Assembly: GCA_964595645.1 (NCBI GenBank)
Contig: CAZQQT010000001.1
Location: 96,001-160,000 of the forward strand
Source of the DNA: an uncultured Thermococci archaeon
GTDB taxonomy: Archaea > Methanobacteriota_B > Thermococci > Methanofastidiosales > B48-G16
DNA length: 64,000 nucleotides
Direction of reading: 5' to 3'
The position numbers and the translations under genes were made by a program. Under the pieces are notes generated by a model, which worked only from the letters and a program-made list of their open reading frames with translations, had not been told where the DNA came from and ran no database searches. Positions 18,371 through 28,378 of the stretch are shown one piece after another; the first letter of the stretch is position 1, and every line of letters starts with the position of its first letter.

Positions 18371-21056
18371 AAAGTCTCAATTCTACCTGATCCTCACGGT
18401 GTTCATTGTGAGTGCATTTTTAGTGATCTCTTCTAGTCTGACCTCGTATAAAAAAACGACCCAGAGAACTATCGAGATCCCCTATTCCGATCTCCCCCAA
18501 GTTACGGCTTCCTTAGCGAATTCTGCAAGAAATAACTTAGAAATGGCATTTGAGATGGTAGAAACAACAGGGAATACCTCTTATCTCACAGAAGGTGTTT
18601 CAGATCTCGTTTCTGGACAATATCTCATACAAGAGGGAGAACTAGGCTATTTTTTAGATAATTTTGACCTCGGGGTCTATAATATTTCCGATCTTTCTGT
18701 TCTGGGTCCTGCAAGCTGTGAGATAGGCCTCCCTGAAGCTAAACTTTTTCAGGCTGCTGAGGAAGGTACTAATAAATATTCTATAGAGGCGACCCCGGGG
18801 GTGGGAAATATCCTAATAGAACTGAAGGACCCTTCCGTAGCGTTTGATTATCGAACAAATCCTTACGTATATAAAATCGATACAGACGAAGATGGGACGT
18901 ACGAGGAAGTCATATACCTTACCTACGACTATACGTCCTCCAGACGGCTCACAAAAGAGGACGAAACGTATATTCTGGGTGAAACTGCACGCGTGTACGC
19001 CGATGATAGCAACACTGTCTCACTAAAATTCAGTAATATGAAGGAGGAACACTTTTTCACCCTTAATTACCCAAGTATCACTGATGGAACAGATACCTAC
19101 TCTAAAGGAGAAATACTTGCAATAAAAGAGAACGATCAGATTCTCGGGTTGCTGATGGTTGGCAAGGTCGATGTTCAGAACAGATACATGGATTATATTG
19201 TTCTCAATCTTCAGAAAAAGCTGTCCGGTCAAGAAAAACGGAAAGTTACCTTCGATCCCTACCCAAAGGAGGGACTCAAAGATAACAGTATCTACTGCAA
19301 TGTGTACCCAGAGACAGCAAATCGTGGAGAAAAAGTTGTCATCACGTCCATTGTCCACAACAACCTTTCCACTGCGATTTCCGACGAAGATTTAGCATGT
19401 ATCTATAGAAAAACAGGTACAGGGAGTTTTGAAGGAAAGAACTTCTCGGAGATAGAACCTTTTGGCTTCTTTATTTCAGAACCCCTTGCAGAAAAAGCGT
19501 ACGAACAGGAAATAGAGGTAACTGATCCCGCCGTCATTGAAGAGATAGGATACCATAAAAACGTAGGGGTAGATGTACGAGATAGTGGAACAACCTTCGC
19601 TATCCTTGGGAATTCTGGAGATCTAAGTGATCTCCTGACTGACCCTATTGAACTCTCAGAGGGAGAATCAGCGAACTTTCTGGGGAGCTATATTAAAGTA
19701 GTGAGTATTGAGGGGACCGACTATCCCTTCACCGTAACTGTGATCTTGCGAAATCCGTATTTAACAGTTTCCAACGGAGAAATTCTCGATTACAATGATC
19801 TTCCCGGTTTGGATGAGGTCTATACGCTTAATGTACGGAACAGCGGTCTTTTCTTTGGCGATCTCAGTGGTGTCGAGCCAGGAGACTGTTATGCATTTTC
19901 TTCCACTAACTATACCTATGTTGATCTCGATGGAGATAGTGCATATGATTATAATGAGACAATTGTTTTAGATTCAGATGGAGATAGTACTTACGATTCT
20001 GGGGAGGAGATAAAGGGAATTCCTCCCGCAGAAGGAACATCTTTAACAACGTTTTTAGCCACACAACATTACCACTATGCCGATATCGGCGATGTTCCCG
20101 GCTCCTACGATTCCGGCGATGTGATTTTTGAGGATACTGATGGTGAAGGAGACTACGATGTGGGTGAGCCGGTGATCCCGACATTCCACACTGGTGATTT
20201 CTTTGTCCTCGAGGATTACCTTTGTTTCATCGAGTCATACGACGATACAGAAAATTTCTTCAGGGTGGTACCAGTGTATACGCGAGGACAGCAGGAATCC
20301 TTCAGTTCAGGGGATTACAGGATTTTTGAGGGATTTGATGTAAACTACAATCCAGAAGCCTCAAAACTAGCGAAGTTTGAGTATGGGGGAAAGGGATGGC
20401 ACTTCCACGATGTGAGCGACAATACTGATATTTACTTCAACTCGTACAGCACCGTCTACGATGAGAACGCTACTGTAGACGATGGTGCAGTGGATGATGG
20501 TCTTGTCTACGCGTTTTTTGATGGTGATACTACAGAAGTGTACGAACAGGACTTTTATTATTTCAACGATTACGACGCAGGAGAGGATAATACCTACACA
20601 CTCTCCGGCTACACAGCGTGGGTGTTGATTGAGCCTGCCGATGGAACTCATCCGGATCAGTTTGATTTGAAGATAGAGGACTATGAAGGATCAGGGGAGT
20701 TCACTATCACTAATATACGAGAAGGGGACACATTTTTTGTCGCAGGACAAGGGTATAAAGTCATGGGGATCACAGGAACTGGCGTCTTTTTTACTCCCGT
20801 CCATTCCTACCAGTTCAACGTGGTCAATAATCTGTACAAGAAGAAGACTCTCGAGCCCGATCCCATTACAGATGACACATTGCGGATTCAGCAGTATACT
20901 TCCTTTATGGACGTATATACGTTTTACCCCGAGAAAGTAGGAACTTATTCCATTTATATTACCTACTACTATTGGAATGACTTAAATAATGATGACAGTA
21001 TTACAGAAGATGAGATTACCGTAGTGAGAGAACAACGGACCTTCACAGTTACTTAA
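18363..21056 (+). CDS. Large pilin-like protein with acidic Ca-binding repeats
   Basis: GTG start, NKKS|QFYLILTVFIV; DLDGDSAYDYNE, DSDGDSTYDSGE, DTDGEGDYDVGE, DLNNDDSITEDE. Confidence 0.75.
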   Translation: MNKKSQFYLILTVFIVSAFLVISSSLTSYKKTTQRTIEIPYSDLPQVTASLANSARNNLEMAFEMVETTGNTSYLTEGVSDLVSGQYLIQEGELGYFLDNFDLGVYNISDLSVLGPASCEIGLPEAKLFQAAEEGTNKYSIEATPGVGNILIELKDPSVAFDYRTNPYVYKIDTDEDGTYEEVIYLTYDYTSSRRLTKEDETYILGETARVYADDSNTVSLKFSNMKEEHFFTLNYPSITDGTDTYSKGEILAIKENDQILGLLMVGKVDVQNRYMDYIVLNLQKKLSGQEKRKVTFDPYPKEGLKDNSIYCNVYPETANRGEKVVITSIVHNNLSTAISDEDLACIYRKTGTGSFEGKNFSEIEPFGFFISEPLAEKAYEQEIEVTDPAVIEEIGYHKNVGVDVRDSGTTFAILGNSGDLSDLLTDPIELSEGESANFLGSYIKVVSIEGTDYPFTVTVILRNPYLTVSNGEILDYNDLPGLDEVYTLNVRNSGLFFGDLSGVEPGDCYAFSSTNYTYVDLDGDSAYDYNETIVLDSDGDSTYDSGEEIKGIPPAEGTSLTTFLATQHYHYADIGDVPGSYDSGDVIFEDTDGEGDYDVGEPVIPTFHTGDFFVLEDYLCFIESYDDTENFFRVVPVYTRGQQESFSSGDYRIFEGFDVNYNPEASKLAKFEYGGKGWHFHDVSDNTDIYFNSYSTVYDENATVDDGAVDDGLVYAFFDGDTTEVYEQDFYYFNDYDAGEDNTYTLSGYTAWVLIEPADGTHPDQFDLKIEDYEGSGEFTITNIREGDTFFVAGQGYKVMGITGTGVFFTPVHSYQFNVVNNLYKKKTLEPDPITDDTLRIQQYTSFMDVYTFYPEKVGTYSIYITYYYWNDLNNDDSITEDEITVVREQRTFTVT

Positions 21057-21303
21057 GTTTGCGTATTCTATCTGTATCTTTTAAGAGCCTTTCTCTTCTT
21101 TTTTTTGCTTTATTCGCTTCATCTTCCTTTTCACCTATTTTTATGAGATAGGTACCCAATAAAATAAGTAAAATGGCAGCACCTGTAAAGATAAGCATTG
21201 TAATTGGATTTTTTTCTTTCATAATATCTGAAATCGTTTGAAGTGCTATGACAGCCAAAAAAATAAAGCAAAAAGCACCTAAGATGGATTTCACGGATAC
21301 CAT
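21049..21303 (-). CDS. Small 2-TM membrane protein
   Basis: Two hydrophobic segments and a basic tail. Confidence 0.6.
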   Translation of the reverse strand: MVSVKSILGAFCFIFLAVIALQTISDIMKEKNPITMLIFTGAAILLILLGTYLIKIGEKEDEANKAKKRRERLLKDTDRIRKLK

Positions 21304-21454
21304 TGCATCACTAATTAATTATATTACTTTTTTACTTTTAAACTTTTTGTACTAACTCGTGAGGAGATAATGTTAAGAAAGACGTTACATCGCAGAAAAA
21401 TATAAAAAGACTTTGAAATAAAGAAGAGCAGGAAGATATTGTAGGGAGATCTGA

Positions 21455-21847
21455 ATGGAAGAAGAGCGATGGCTAAGACAATCGATAAAAGATTTAGAAA
21501 GTGCGAGAGATAGCTTGAGCAGTAATCACTGCGAGTGGTCCTGCTTTCAAGCGCAGCAGGCTGCTGAAAAAGCCCTTAAATCATTTCTTTACTCCAAGGG
21601 ACTACGAGCCATACTGACTCACTCAGTGAGAGATCTCACTATGAAATGTTCAGAATATCACACTGATTTTGAAACGCTCGTGGAGGAAGGAAAAATTTTG
21701 GATGCATTCTATATCTCGACACGGTATCCAAATGGATTGGTTGGGGAGAGTATCCCCGCAGAATATTACACGGAGGAGGACGCTGAGAAATGCATAAAGT
21801 ATGCCGAGTTGATATTGAAAACCGTGAGAAAATTTATGAAAAATTAA
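21455..21847 (+). CDS. HEPN domain protein (HEPN-MNT pair)
   Basis: WLRQSIKDLESA...CFQAQQAAEKALKS...THS...YISTRYPN. Confidence 0.9.
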   Translation: MEEERWLRQSIKDLESARDSLSSNHCEWSCFQAQQAAEKALKSFLYSKGLRAILTHSVRDLTMKCSEYHTDFETLVEEGKILDAFYISTRYPNGLVGESIPAEYYTEEDAEKCIKYAELILKTVRKFMKN

Positions 21848-22113
21848 AAGAACTTTCCGATGAATTAAAAAAAGAATATAATGCAACGATTTACCTGTAT
21901 GGATCGTTCGCCAAGGGGAGTTTTAATGAAGCAAGTGATATCGATCTCATTATCGTCGGTGAGTTCTCTGGAAGGATGCATGAACGGATAAAGACTATCT
22001 TAGATATGACACTATTACCTGTTGAACCTCTCGTGTATACAGAGGAGGAGTTCGACGGGATGAAGGAGAAACCATTTTTAAAAGAGATCCTGAAACACTC
22101 CATCGAGTTATGA
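21790..22113 (+). CDS. Minimal nucleotidyltransferase (MNT), putative antitoxin
   Basis: YLYGSFAKG...SDIDLIIV, VEPLVYTEEEF; overlaps the HEPN gene. Confidence 0.9.
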   Translation: MHKVCRVDIENREKIYEKLKELSDELKKEYNATIYLYGSFAKGSFNEASDIDLIIVGEFSGRMHERIKTILDMTLLPVEPLVYTEEEFDGMKEKPFLKEILKHSIEL

Positions 22114-22129
22114 AAACAGTCGCACAAAG

Positions 22130-23218
22130 TTATTCCCCAAGGAGATGCTCAATGAATACCGTCGCGTACTCTCCCTTCGGAAGAAAAAATTCACAGTGAA
22201 GCGTATCATTTTTGTGGTTCCAAGAGAAATCCTCGTATTCTCCTACGAGTTTCCTGTACGTCCCCCTCACACTTAAAAAAGGCAATTTTTCCATGGTGAA
22301 GTCTTCTAACGATACGTTTTCTCGTTTCAGCAGCATGTCAAGATCATTTTTCGTATCTCCGTACACACGAGTTTTATACCCTATGATGGGGAGCACCGGT
22401 GAGTACTCCCCTTTCCGCGCCCTTTCAAGAGTGGAGGCGGTCACCTTTGCGTACGCCCGCTTTTCGAACTTCTCGGTGCAGATAATATCACCTACGATAA
22501 TATCATGGAGATCCATTCGCTCCAGCCGCATGGTAAGGAGTTCGTTGAAAAGATAGCTTTGGTAGGCGTGAATGTACAGTCTTAGTACATGAGCGGGTAC
22601 CGATTTCAGCGCCTGGAGATAGTCTTCCCCACGAGCCAATTTTCTCAAGACTCGTTTTTCGTACGTATGCGGATACTGTTCGAGCAGTGTCTCGTACTCT
22701 TCGTTTTCTACTGCCTCCTCCATTCCCTCTTGCATTACCAGCGTTTTCACCGCTGCTTCGTAGTCACCTCTCACCATCTCACGTCCGACGTCTTCATTCC
22801 CCCCGAGCCGCTGTTCTCCGAAGCGATTGGGAAATGCGTCTGGAACAGTATTTGGTGGAGAAGAGACATCTCTCACAACGATTTCAAACCGATTCCCTCT
22901 ATGATCGCCTATCTGTATCTCATCCCCTCTCTCTATCTCCGAGATCGTGATATTTTTTAGGTCTATTGCGGAAAGATCCTCTCTTTCTACCCCCTTCACT
23001 GAAACCTTCTGTTGCGTGACAGCATGTTTGTCCTTCAATCCTGCGTAGCCAAACCGCTGAAAGGGAATCCCCATTTCCCTCGCGATCTTCTTTATCGCGC
23101 CTACTGTGTTTTCATTCCTCTTTTTCAGCGTGAAAATTACACAGTCATTCTTGCGGTGTGTGATATCTATCACTTCTTCTACGCAAAAATCTTCCGGATA
23201 CCGTTTTAAAGTTGGCAT
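22130..23218 (-). CDS. truD: tRNA pseudouridine(13) synthase
   Basis: PEDFCVEE, GYAGLKDKHAVTQQ, GNRFEI, FPNRFGEQR, AYQSYLFN, LPKGEYAT. Confidence 0.95.
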   Translation of the reverse strand: MPTLKRYPEDFCVEEVIDITHRKNDCVIFTLKKRNENTVGAIKKIAREMGIPFQRFGYAGLKDKHAVTQQKVSVKGVEREDLSAIDLKNITISEIERGDEIQIGDHRGNRFEIVVRDVSSPPNTVPDAFPNRFGEQRLGGNEDVGREMVRGDYEAAVKTLVMQEGMEEAVENEEYETLLEQYPHTYEKRVLRKLARGEDYLQALKSVPAHVLRLYIHAYQSYLFNELLTMRLERMDLHDIIVGDIICTEKFEKRAYAKVTASTLERARKGEYSPVLPIIGYKTRVYGDTKNDLDMLLKRENVSLEDFTMEKLPFLSVRGTYRKLVGEYEDFSWNHKNDTLHCEFFLPKGEYATVFIEHLLGE

Positions 23219-23220
23219 AA

Positions 23221-23709
23221 TTAGAAGGGGTATTCTTGTGCATCGACGTCGTAAATGACGAACTCTTCACCATCAAACGCCATGTTGATATTTGGCATCC
23301 TGAAAAACATGGGATAAATGAATCGAAGGTTATCTTCGTATAACTCATACCTCTCTCCATTTTTAGTGAGAATCACATACTCCCTGTACTCATCGTTGTA
23401 CCGGATATTTTCGATCTCCTTCGCGTCCAATTCCCGGATTCCTTCGCAGTATTTTTCCATTTTTTCGTGGTATATTGTACTGTTTTTAATGTCGAGGTAT
23501 ATAAGTCGGCAGAACATTACTCGTGTGTAGTAGTTCTGTAGCTCTTCCACGTACGCAAATTTATCGTACTTTTTGTGCCGTTTCCTTTTCTGTTTCTGCT
23601 GTCGTCGATAAAAATCTTTTGTATCCTCTACTTCTTTAATTATCTCCTTTTTTCTCTCGTGGAGTTTCTGAAGGATCTCTGTAATATCACCGAGGATCAC
23701 ATCTCTCAT
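23221..23709 (-). CDS. Hypothetical protein
   Basis: 162-aa ORF 2 bp upstream of truD on the same strand. Confidence 0.65.
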   Translation of the reverse strand: MRDVILGDITEILQKLHERKKEIIKEVEDTKDFYRRQQKQKRKRHKKYDKFAYVEELQNYYTRVMFCRLIYLDIKNSTIYHEKMEKYCEGIRELDAKEIENIRYNDEYREYVILTKNGERYELYEDNLRFIYPMFFRMPNINMAFDGEEFVIYDVDAQEYPF

Positions 23710-23857
23710 TGCTGAAGGTATCTCAATAAAATATTTAAAACTTTGGTAGGAGTTTGTAGAAAGTTTTACGAAAGTTTGTTACTTTATATTTGTCAGAATA
23801 TCAAAGATGTTGTTTTTTTGTAACCTGTTCTTTTTTACGCATCGTTCTAATTTTCTC

Positions 23858-24214
23858 TTACTTACTTGTTTTTTTGAATCCCAATTTTTTTATCAGATCT
23901 AAAGTTTTTTCTCTTTTCTTTTTATCTTTCGCAGATGTTTCATCAAGATAAAAGGGACAATTATTTTTCCTTGTATCCCGCTCTCCTACTACTTGGACAA
24001 CGTAGTCACATAACGCACATCTCTTATCTTCTCCAACCCCCGTTATTTCTATTTCCGGAATATTGTTCCATACAGAAACTTCAAAATACGGAGGACCTTT
24101 GATAGAAGAATTGTCATATATCTTTTTCATTGCTTTTGAGAGTACTTCTTGAACTTCTTTCTCTGTGTTATTGAAAATCCTCAAATAGCACTTGAACAAT
24201 CTCATTTGTACCAC
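23858..24214 (-). CDS. Hypothetical protein (CxxC...C), AT-rich
   Basis: 118-aa ORF with CALCD and CPFY. Confidence 0.5.
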   Translation of the reverse strand: MVQMRLFKCYLRIFNNTEKEVQEVLSKAMKKIYDNSSIKGPPYFEVSVWNNIPEIEITGVGEDKRCALCDYVVQVVGERDTRKNNCPFYLDETSAKDKKKREKTLDLIKKLGFKKTSK

Positions 24215-24266
24215 CCATTTTAATTACTATAATACACATCGTGAAGTTTTTATCGTTTTCGGTTAT

Positions 24267-24535
24267 TCAAATTGTTATTTCAATTCGATATCTCTCAATT
24301 TCACTACCTTTATTTCCTGTCAAAAAAAGGATATGGGTATCAACGACAAGCTTCATCTAAATCTTCTAATTTCAAGCCTTTTTCCTTCATTTTTCCCCTA
24401 AACTTTTCACTTACCTTTAAGAATTTTATTTTTTTTATATATCACTGTTGTTTCCCCCAATGAGTTCATCCATACTTCTCTTCCTCTATTTTTAGTTTCA
24501 AAATTTTTTGTTTTTTTGAGATACTCTTTCACTTG
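24267..24535 (-). pseudogene. Degenerate toxin-antitoxin relic (antitoxin fragment plus truncated PIN/VapC start)
   Basis: Frameshifted fragments ...SMDELI... and KKIKFLKVSEKFRGKMKEKGLKLEDL, overlapping an ATG at 24356 that reads MKLVVDTHILF and stops after 29 aa. Confidence 0.5.
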
Positions 24536-24626
24536 TTATAATCTTATAAAGTTTTCTCAGCTTTTACCCATAAAATGAGGTACCGGTCCACCATATCCAA
24601 AGAACATGTTACCATACAATGTATCC

Positions 24627-25061
24627 CTATACGTTCTTACTTCCTCGAGTATCCAAGCATCGATTACAGAGCATATCACACCGTTCGATATACTTGTTCT
24701 CCCGTGGGACGTGAGAGAACTCCACTCCCTCAAAATGTCTGCAGAGAGAGTAGACGGTGTCACGTAGGTCAGCAAGATGTTGTTTATTTGTTCTATACAC
24801 ACGATTTATCTGTTTCACGGCAAGTTCGCTGTCAGAATACACGGTGATTTTCTCCGATGTAGACTCCTGCGCTCTTTTCAGCGCATTGATAATCGCACTG
24901 TACTCTGCGGTGTTGTTTGTGCTTTCTCCGAGATAACCACAGTCCTCATCGAGTACCTCCCCATTTTTGACAAGGACAAATGCCCATGCAGCAGGACCAG
25001 GATTTCCCCGTGACGCTCCATCGGTGTAGATCTGCAGAGATCCAGTATCAGCAGTATTCAT
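24627..25061 (-). CDS. rnhA: Ribonuclease HI family protein
   Basis: YTDGASRGNPGPA, TNNTAEY, SDSEL, HVPREN. Confidence 0.9.
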   Translation of the reverse strand: MNTADTGSLQIYTDGASRGNPGPAAWAFVLVKNGEVLDEDCGYLGESTNNTAEYSAIINALKRAQESTSEKITVYSDSELAVKQINRVYRTNKQHLADLRDTVYSLCRHFEGVEFSHVPRENKYIERCDMLCNRCLDTRGSKNV

Positions 25062-25101
25062 ATGACTTCTCTCTCATATGTGTTCAAATGAAAAATAGAA
25101 G

Positions 25102-25386
25102 TTATCTTGCAAAAAGTTCCCTTTTCGATGTCTTTTTTGGAAGCCTCTTCGCGTCTACGATGATATAATCCTTAATTGCATAAAAAGCTCCAAAAGGAAT
25201 GAGAACAAATCCTTCTTTGTCTGTCATTAACTCCTTTTCAACACCCTCTGTAGCCGGATCAACGATGAAAGCCATCACCTTTCCTGTATCGTTATCGGTT
25301 ACAATATCAAAAAGTGTTCCTATTTCGTGTCCCTGTTCTGTCACTACCCGTCTATCTCTCAGTCTACTCGCTGCAATTTTTGCCAT
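25102..25386 (-). CDS. PRC-barrel domain protein (CdpB-like archaeal cell-division family)
   Basis: VVTEQGHEIGTLFDIVTDNDTGKV...IPFGAFYAIKDYIIV. Confidence 0.8.
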   Translation of the reverse strand: MAKIAASRLRDRRVVTEQGHEIGTLFDIVTDNDTGKVMAFIVDPATEGVEKELMTDKEGFVLIPFGAFYAIKDYIIVDAKRLPKKTSKRELFAR

Positions 25387-25513
25387 GACAGATATGTTTC
25401 GTGTGGAGGAAATAAAAAGGTTTCTGCATTCCGTCCAAAAATATAACTATTAGTAATGATACCGAGGGAAAAATATATAAAAATATCCATTACGGAACTA
25501 CTATCGTGATACC

Positions 25514-26671
25514 ATGAAGAAACTTTTTACCTCTGAATCTGTCACAGAAGGGCATCCAGATAAAATAGCCGATCAAATATCGGATGCTGTACTGGATGCA
25601 ATCATCGCTGAGGACACACAGTGTAGAGTTGCGTGTGAGACGCTTGTGAGTACTGGCCTCTGTCTCATCGCCGGTGAAATTACCACAGAGACATACGTGG
25701 AACTGCGCGACATTGTGAGGGGAACGATACGGGATATAGGCTATACAGAACCAGAATATGGATTTGATTACGAAAACTGTTCCGTACTAGCGGCAATAGA
25801 AGAACAGAGCCCCGATATTGCCAGAGGCGTGAACAAAGGTGACGAGGAAGAACAGGGGGCTGGAGATCAGGGGCTGATGTTTGGATATGCCACGAACGAA
25901 ACGAAAAATTTGATGCCCATGCCGCTGGATTTTGCCCATAAACTCACAAAAAGACTTGCGGAAGTACGAAAAAAGAAAATACTAGACTATTTACGGCCAG
26001 ATGGGAAATCTCAAGTAACAATAGAGTACAATAATGATAGTTCCCCAAAACGCATTGAGGCCATTGTCATCGCTGCACAACACGACGAGGATGTTGATGA
26101 GGAGACAGTGAGAGAGGATATCGAAGAGCATGTGATTGAAACAGTTGTTCCGCCGGAATTCCTCGATAAAGATACCTCATACCACGTGAATGCGACAGGC
26201 CGCTTTGTGAGAGGAGGTCCCGCGGCGGACGCAGGTCTTACCGGAAGGAAGATCATCGTTGATACGTACGGTGGTGTGGGAAGCCATGGCGGAGGCTGTT
26301 TCTCAGGAAAGGATCCTTCCAAGGTGGATAGATCGGCATCCTACATGGCGCGGTACATCGTCAAGAATGTCGTTGCTGGAGGGCTGGCCGATGAGTGTGA
26401 GCTTCAGATCGCCTATGCCATTGGTGTGGCGAACCCCGTGTCACTGTTCATCGACTGCCGCGGAACGGAGAAAGTAGATATAGAGCAGATCGAGGACGCG
26501 ATACACAATAATTTCAATCTTCGACCGGCAGAGATCATCAAGCATCTGGATCTACTGAGGCCGATCTACAAAAACACAGCTGCCTACGGGCATTTTGGAA
26601 GAAACAACCCTGATTTCACATGGGAAAAAACAGATATGGCCGATGTATTACGAGAGGAGGTCGGGCTTTAG
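25514..26671 (+). CDS. metK: S-adenosylmethionine synthetase, bacterial/eukaryotic type
   Basis: [58 protein letters not shown]. Confidence 0.97.
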   Translation: MKKLFTSESVTEGHPDKIADQISDAVLDAIIAEDTQCRVACETLVSTGLCLIAGEITTETYVELRDIVRGTIRDIGYTEPEYGFDYENCSVLAAIEEQSPDIARGVNKGDEEEQGAGDQGLMFGYATNETKNLMPMPLDFAHKLTKRLAEVRKKKILDYLRPDGKSQVTIEYNNDSSPKRIEAIVIAAQHDEDVDEETVREDIEEHVIETVVPPEFLDKDTSYHVNATGRFVRGGPAADAGLTGRKIIVDTYGGVGSHGGGCFSGKDPSKVDRSASYMARYIVKNVVAGGLADECELQIAYAIGVANPVSLFIDCRGTEKVDIEQIEDAIHNNFNLRPAEIIKHLDLLRPIYKNTAAYGHFGRNNPDFTWEKTDMADVLREEVGL

Positions 26672-27139
26672 TAGGGATGAGAGGTCCCATCCATACCTCT
26701 TCTTAAATCTTTTTCTCTTCAATTGAACTGCGTTCTCTCTGCACCACTGGATAGGGAGACTCTTCCTTTGCAATGCGTTCCTTACCTCCATAAACTTATC
26801 GATATCTATCAGGTACGCTTCGTTGATTTTTTCATCTGCCCTCCTCTTCCCGTTCCTGAAATTGACGAATACAAAAGATTTGTTCTTTTTTAATTTCTTT
26901 GAAAAAGAGATGAGGGACTCCAGCTGGTGTTCAGTGATATTTTTGAAGGGCAAACTCTTCCTTTTCGTCTTTTTTGCTTCCAATGCATAGTTGCACGCTT
27001 CTGTAAGTATAAGGAAATCATAAGGGGATTTATAGTACTTTCTCACACTGTCAGGGTATTTGATAAAATAAATACCTTCTTTCTCCCTTAAATACTTCAA
27101 ACTGTTTTTTATCTCTCTTTCTGTGATATTCGAGGTCAT
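26648..27139 (-). CDS. RecU-like Holliday junction resolvase (PD-(D/E)xK nuclease)
   Basis: SPYDF...[25 protein letters not shown]...RKSLP, matching the RecU pattern D...EAK.T...P..NI..HQ. Confidence 0.75.
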   Translation of the reverse strand: MTSNITEREIKNSLKYLREKEGIYFIKYPDSVRKYYKSPYDFLILTEACNYALEAKKTKRKSLPFKNITEHQLESLISFSKKLKKNKSFVFVNFRNGKRRADEKINEAYLIDIDKFMEVRNALQRKSLPIQWCRENAVQLKRKRFKKRYGWDLSSLLKPDLLS

Positions 27140-27140
27140 T

Positions 27141-28292
27141 TTATCCGTACATACTGCTTTTTTCTATCTCTTCCTTTTTCCAACATTTTCTGAGCGCCTT
27201 TTCAAAATCTTCGTGATGCACGATGTCCCGTCCCTCTCTAATTGCTGCCATTCCTGCTTCGGTACATATCATCTTGATATCTGCTCCTGTAGCCTCCTCC
27301 ATGCCCTTGGTTATCTTTTCGAGATCGACATTCTCGATGTTCATTCCGGCAGTATGAATTTTTAAAATCTCGAGCCTTCCTTCGTAAGAGGGAAGTGGGA
27401 TCTCAATCCTTCTATCAAATCTTCCCGGCCTCATAAGCGCCTCGTCCAAGATATCTGCTCTGTTCGTGGCTGCAATTACTTTTACTTCTCCCCGTGCGTC
27501 AAACCCGTCAAGTTCGGAGAGAAGCTGCATCATTGTCCGCTGTACCTCTCTATCACCAGACACAGAAGAGTCTGTTCTTTTACCGCCAATGGCGTCAATT
27601 TCATCGATAAAAATAATACTCGGTGCTTTATCTCTTCCTAGCTTAAACACTTGCCTCACGAGCTTGGCACCTTCTCCAATGTATTTCTTCACGAACTCGG
27701 AGGCCACAACTCTAATGAAGGTGGCATTTGTCTCGTTCGCCACCGCCTTTGCGAGAAGTGTTTTTCCGCATCCCGGTGGACCATAAAATAATACACCGTT
27801 TGGTGGTTCTATTCCTACCTTCCTGAAGTGTTCCGGGTTTTTTAACGGCAATTCTACAGTTTCCTTCACGTCCTGTATTTGCGCTTCCAGTCCACCCACG
27901 TTGTTATATGTGGTAATCGGGGAGTTCACAATTTCCATGCCGCTGACCGCCGGGTCCTTGGATGACGGGAGAACTTCCATGACAGAGAGTGTCCGCTGGT
28001 TCAGCGCCACTCTGGTACCTGGAAAAATCTCATCTTTCTCGACGTTCCCAGATGCCGACACAACAAAATCAGTGCCGGAAGAGCTTTTTACGACGATTCT
28101 ATCGTCATTCAGCACGTCAAGAACAACTGCTGTGATCAAAGGAGGAGAACGTAGTCTTTCCAGCTCTCTTTTTAGTTCCGAAATCTTTTTTTCAAGTTTA
28201 TATTTTTCAGTCTCTACATTTCTCTTCTCCAGTTTGAGATACTGGATTTTCTTCTTTAAAACGTCTCTATCGGTCCCTACTGCTTCGGCCAA
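27141..28292 (-). CDS. pan: Proteasome-activating nucleotidase
   Basis: N-terminal coiled coil, OB fold, [36 protein letters not shown]. Confidence 0.97.
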   Translation of the reverse strand: MAEAVGTDRDVLKKKIQYLKLEKRNVETEKYKLEKKISELKRELERLRSPPLITAVVLDVLNDDRIVVKSSSGTDFVVSASGNVEKDEIFPGTRVALNQRTLSVMEVLPSSKDPAVSGMEIVNSPITTYNNVGGLEAQIQDVKETVELPLKNPEHFRKVGIEPPNGVLFYGPPGCGKTLLAKAVANETNATFIRVVASEFVKKYIGEGAKLVRQVFKLGRDKAPSIIFIDEIDAIGGKRTDSSVSGDREVQRTMMQLLSELDGFDARGEVKVIAATNRADILDEALMRPGRFDRRIEIPLPSYEGRLEILKIHTAGMNIENVDLEKITKGMEEATGADIKMICTEAGMAAIREGRDIVHHEDFEKALRKCWKKEEIEKSSMYG

Positions 28293-28378
28293 TATATCCT
28301 CTCCTTCAATCTTCAGTTAGATTGCTCCACTACTACATTTGTAGGTAAAGTATTTAAATAACTTTTGGTGAGTGTTTT

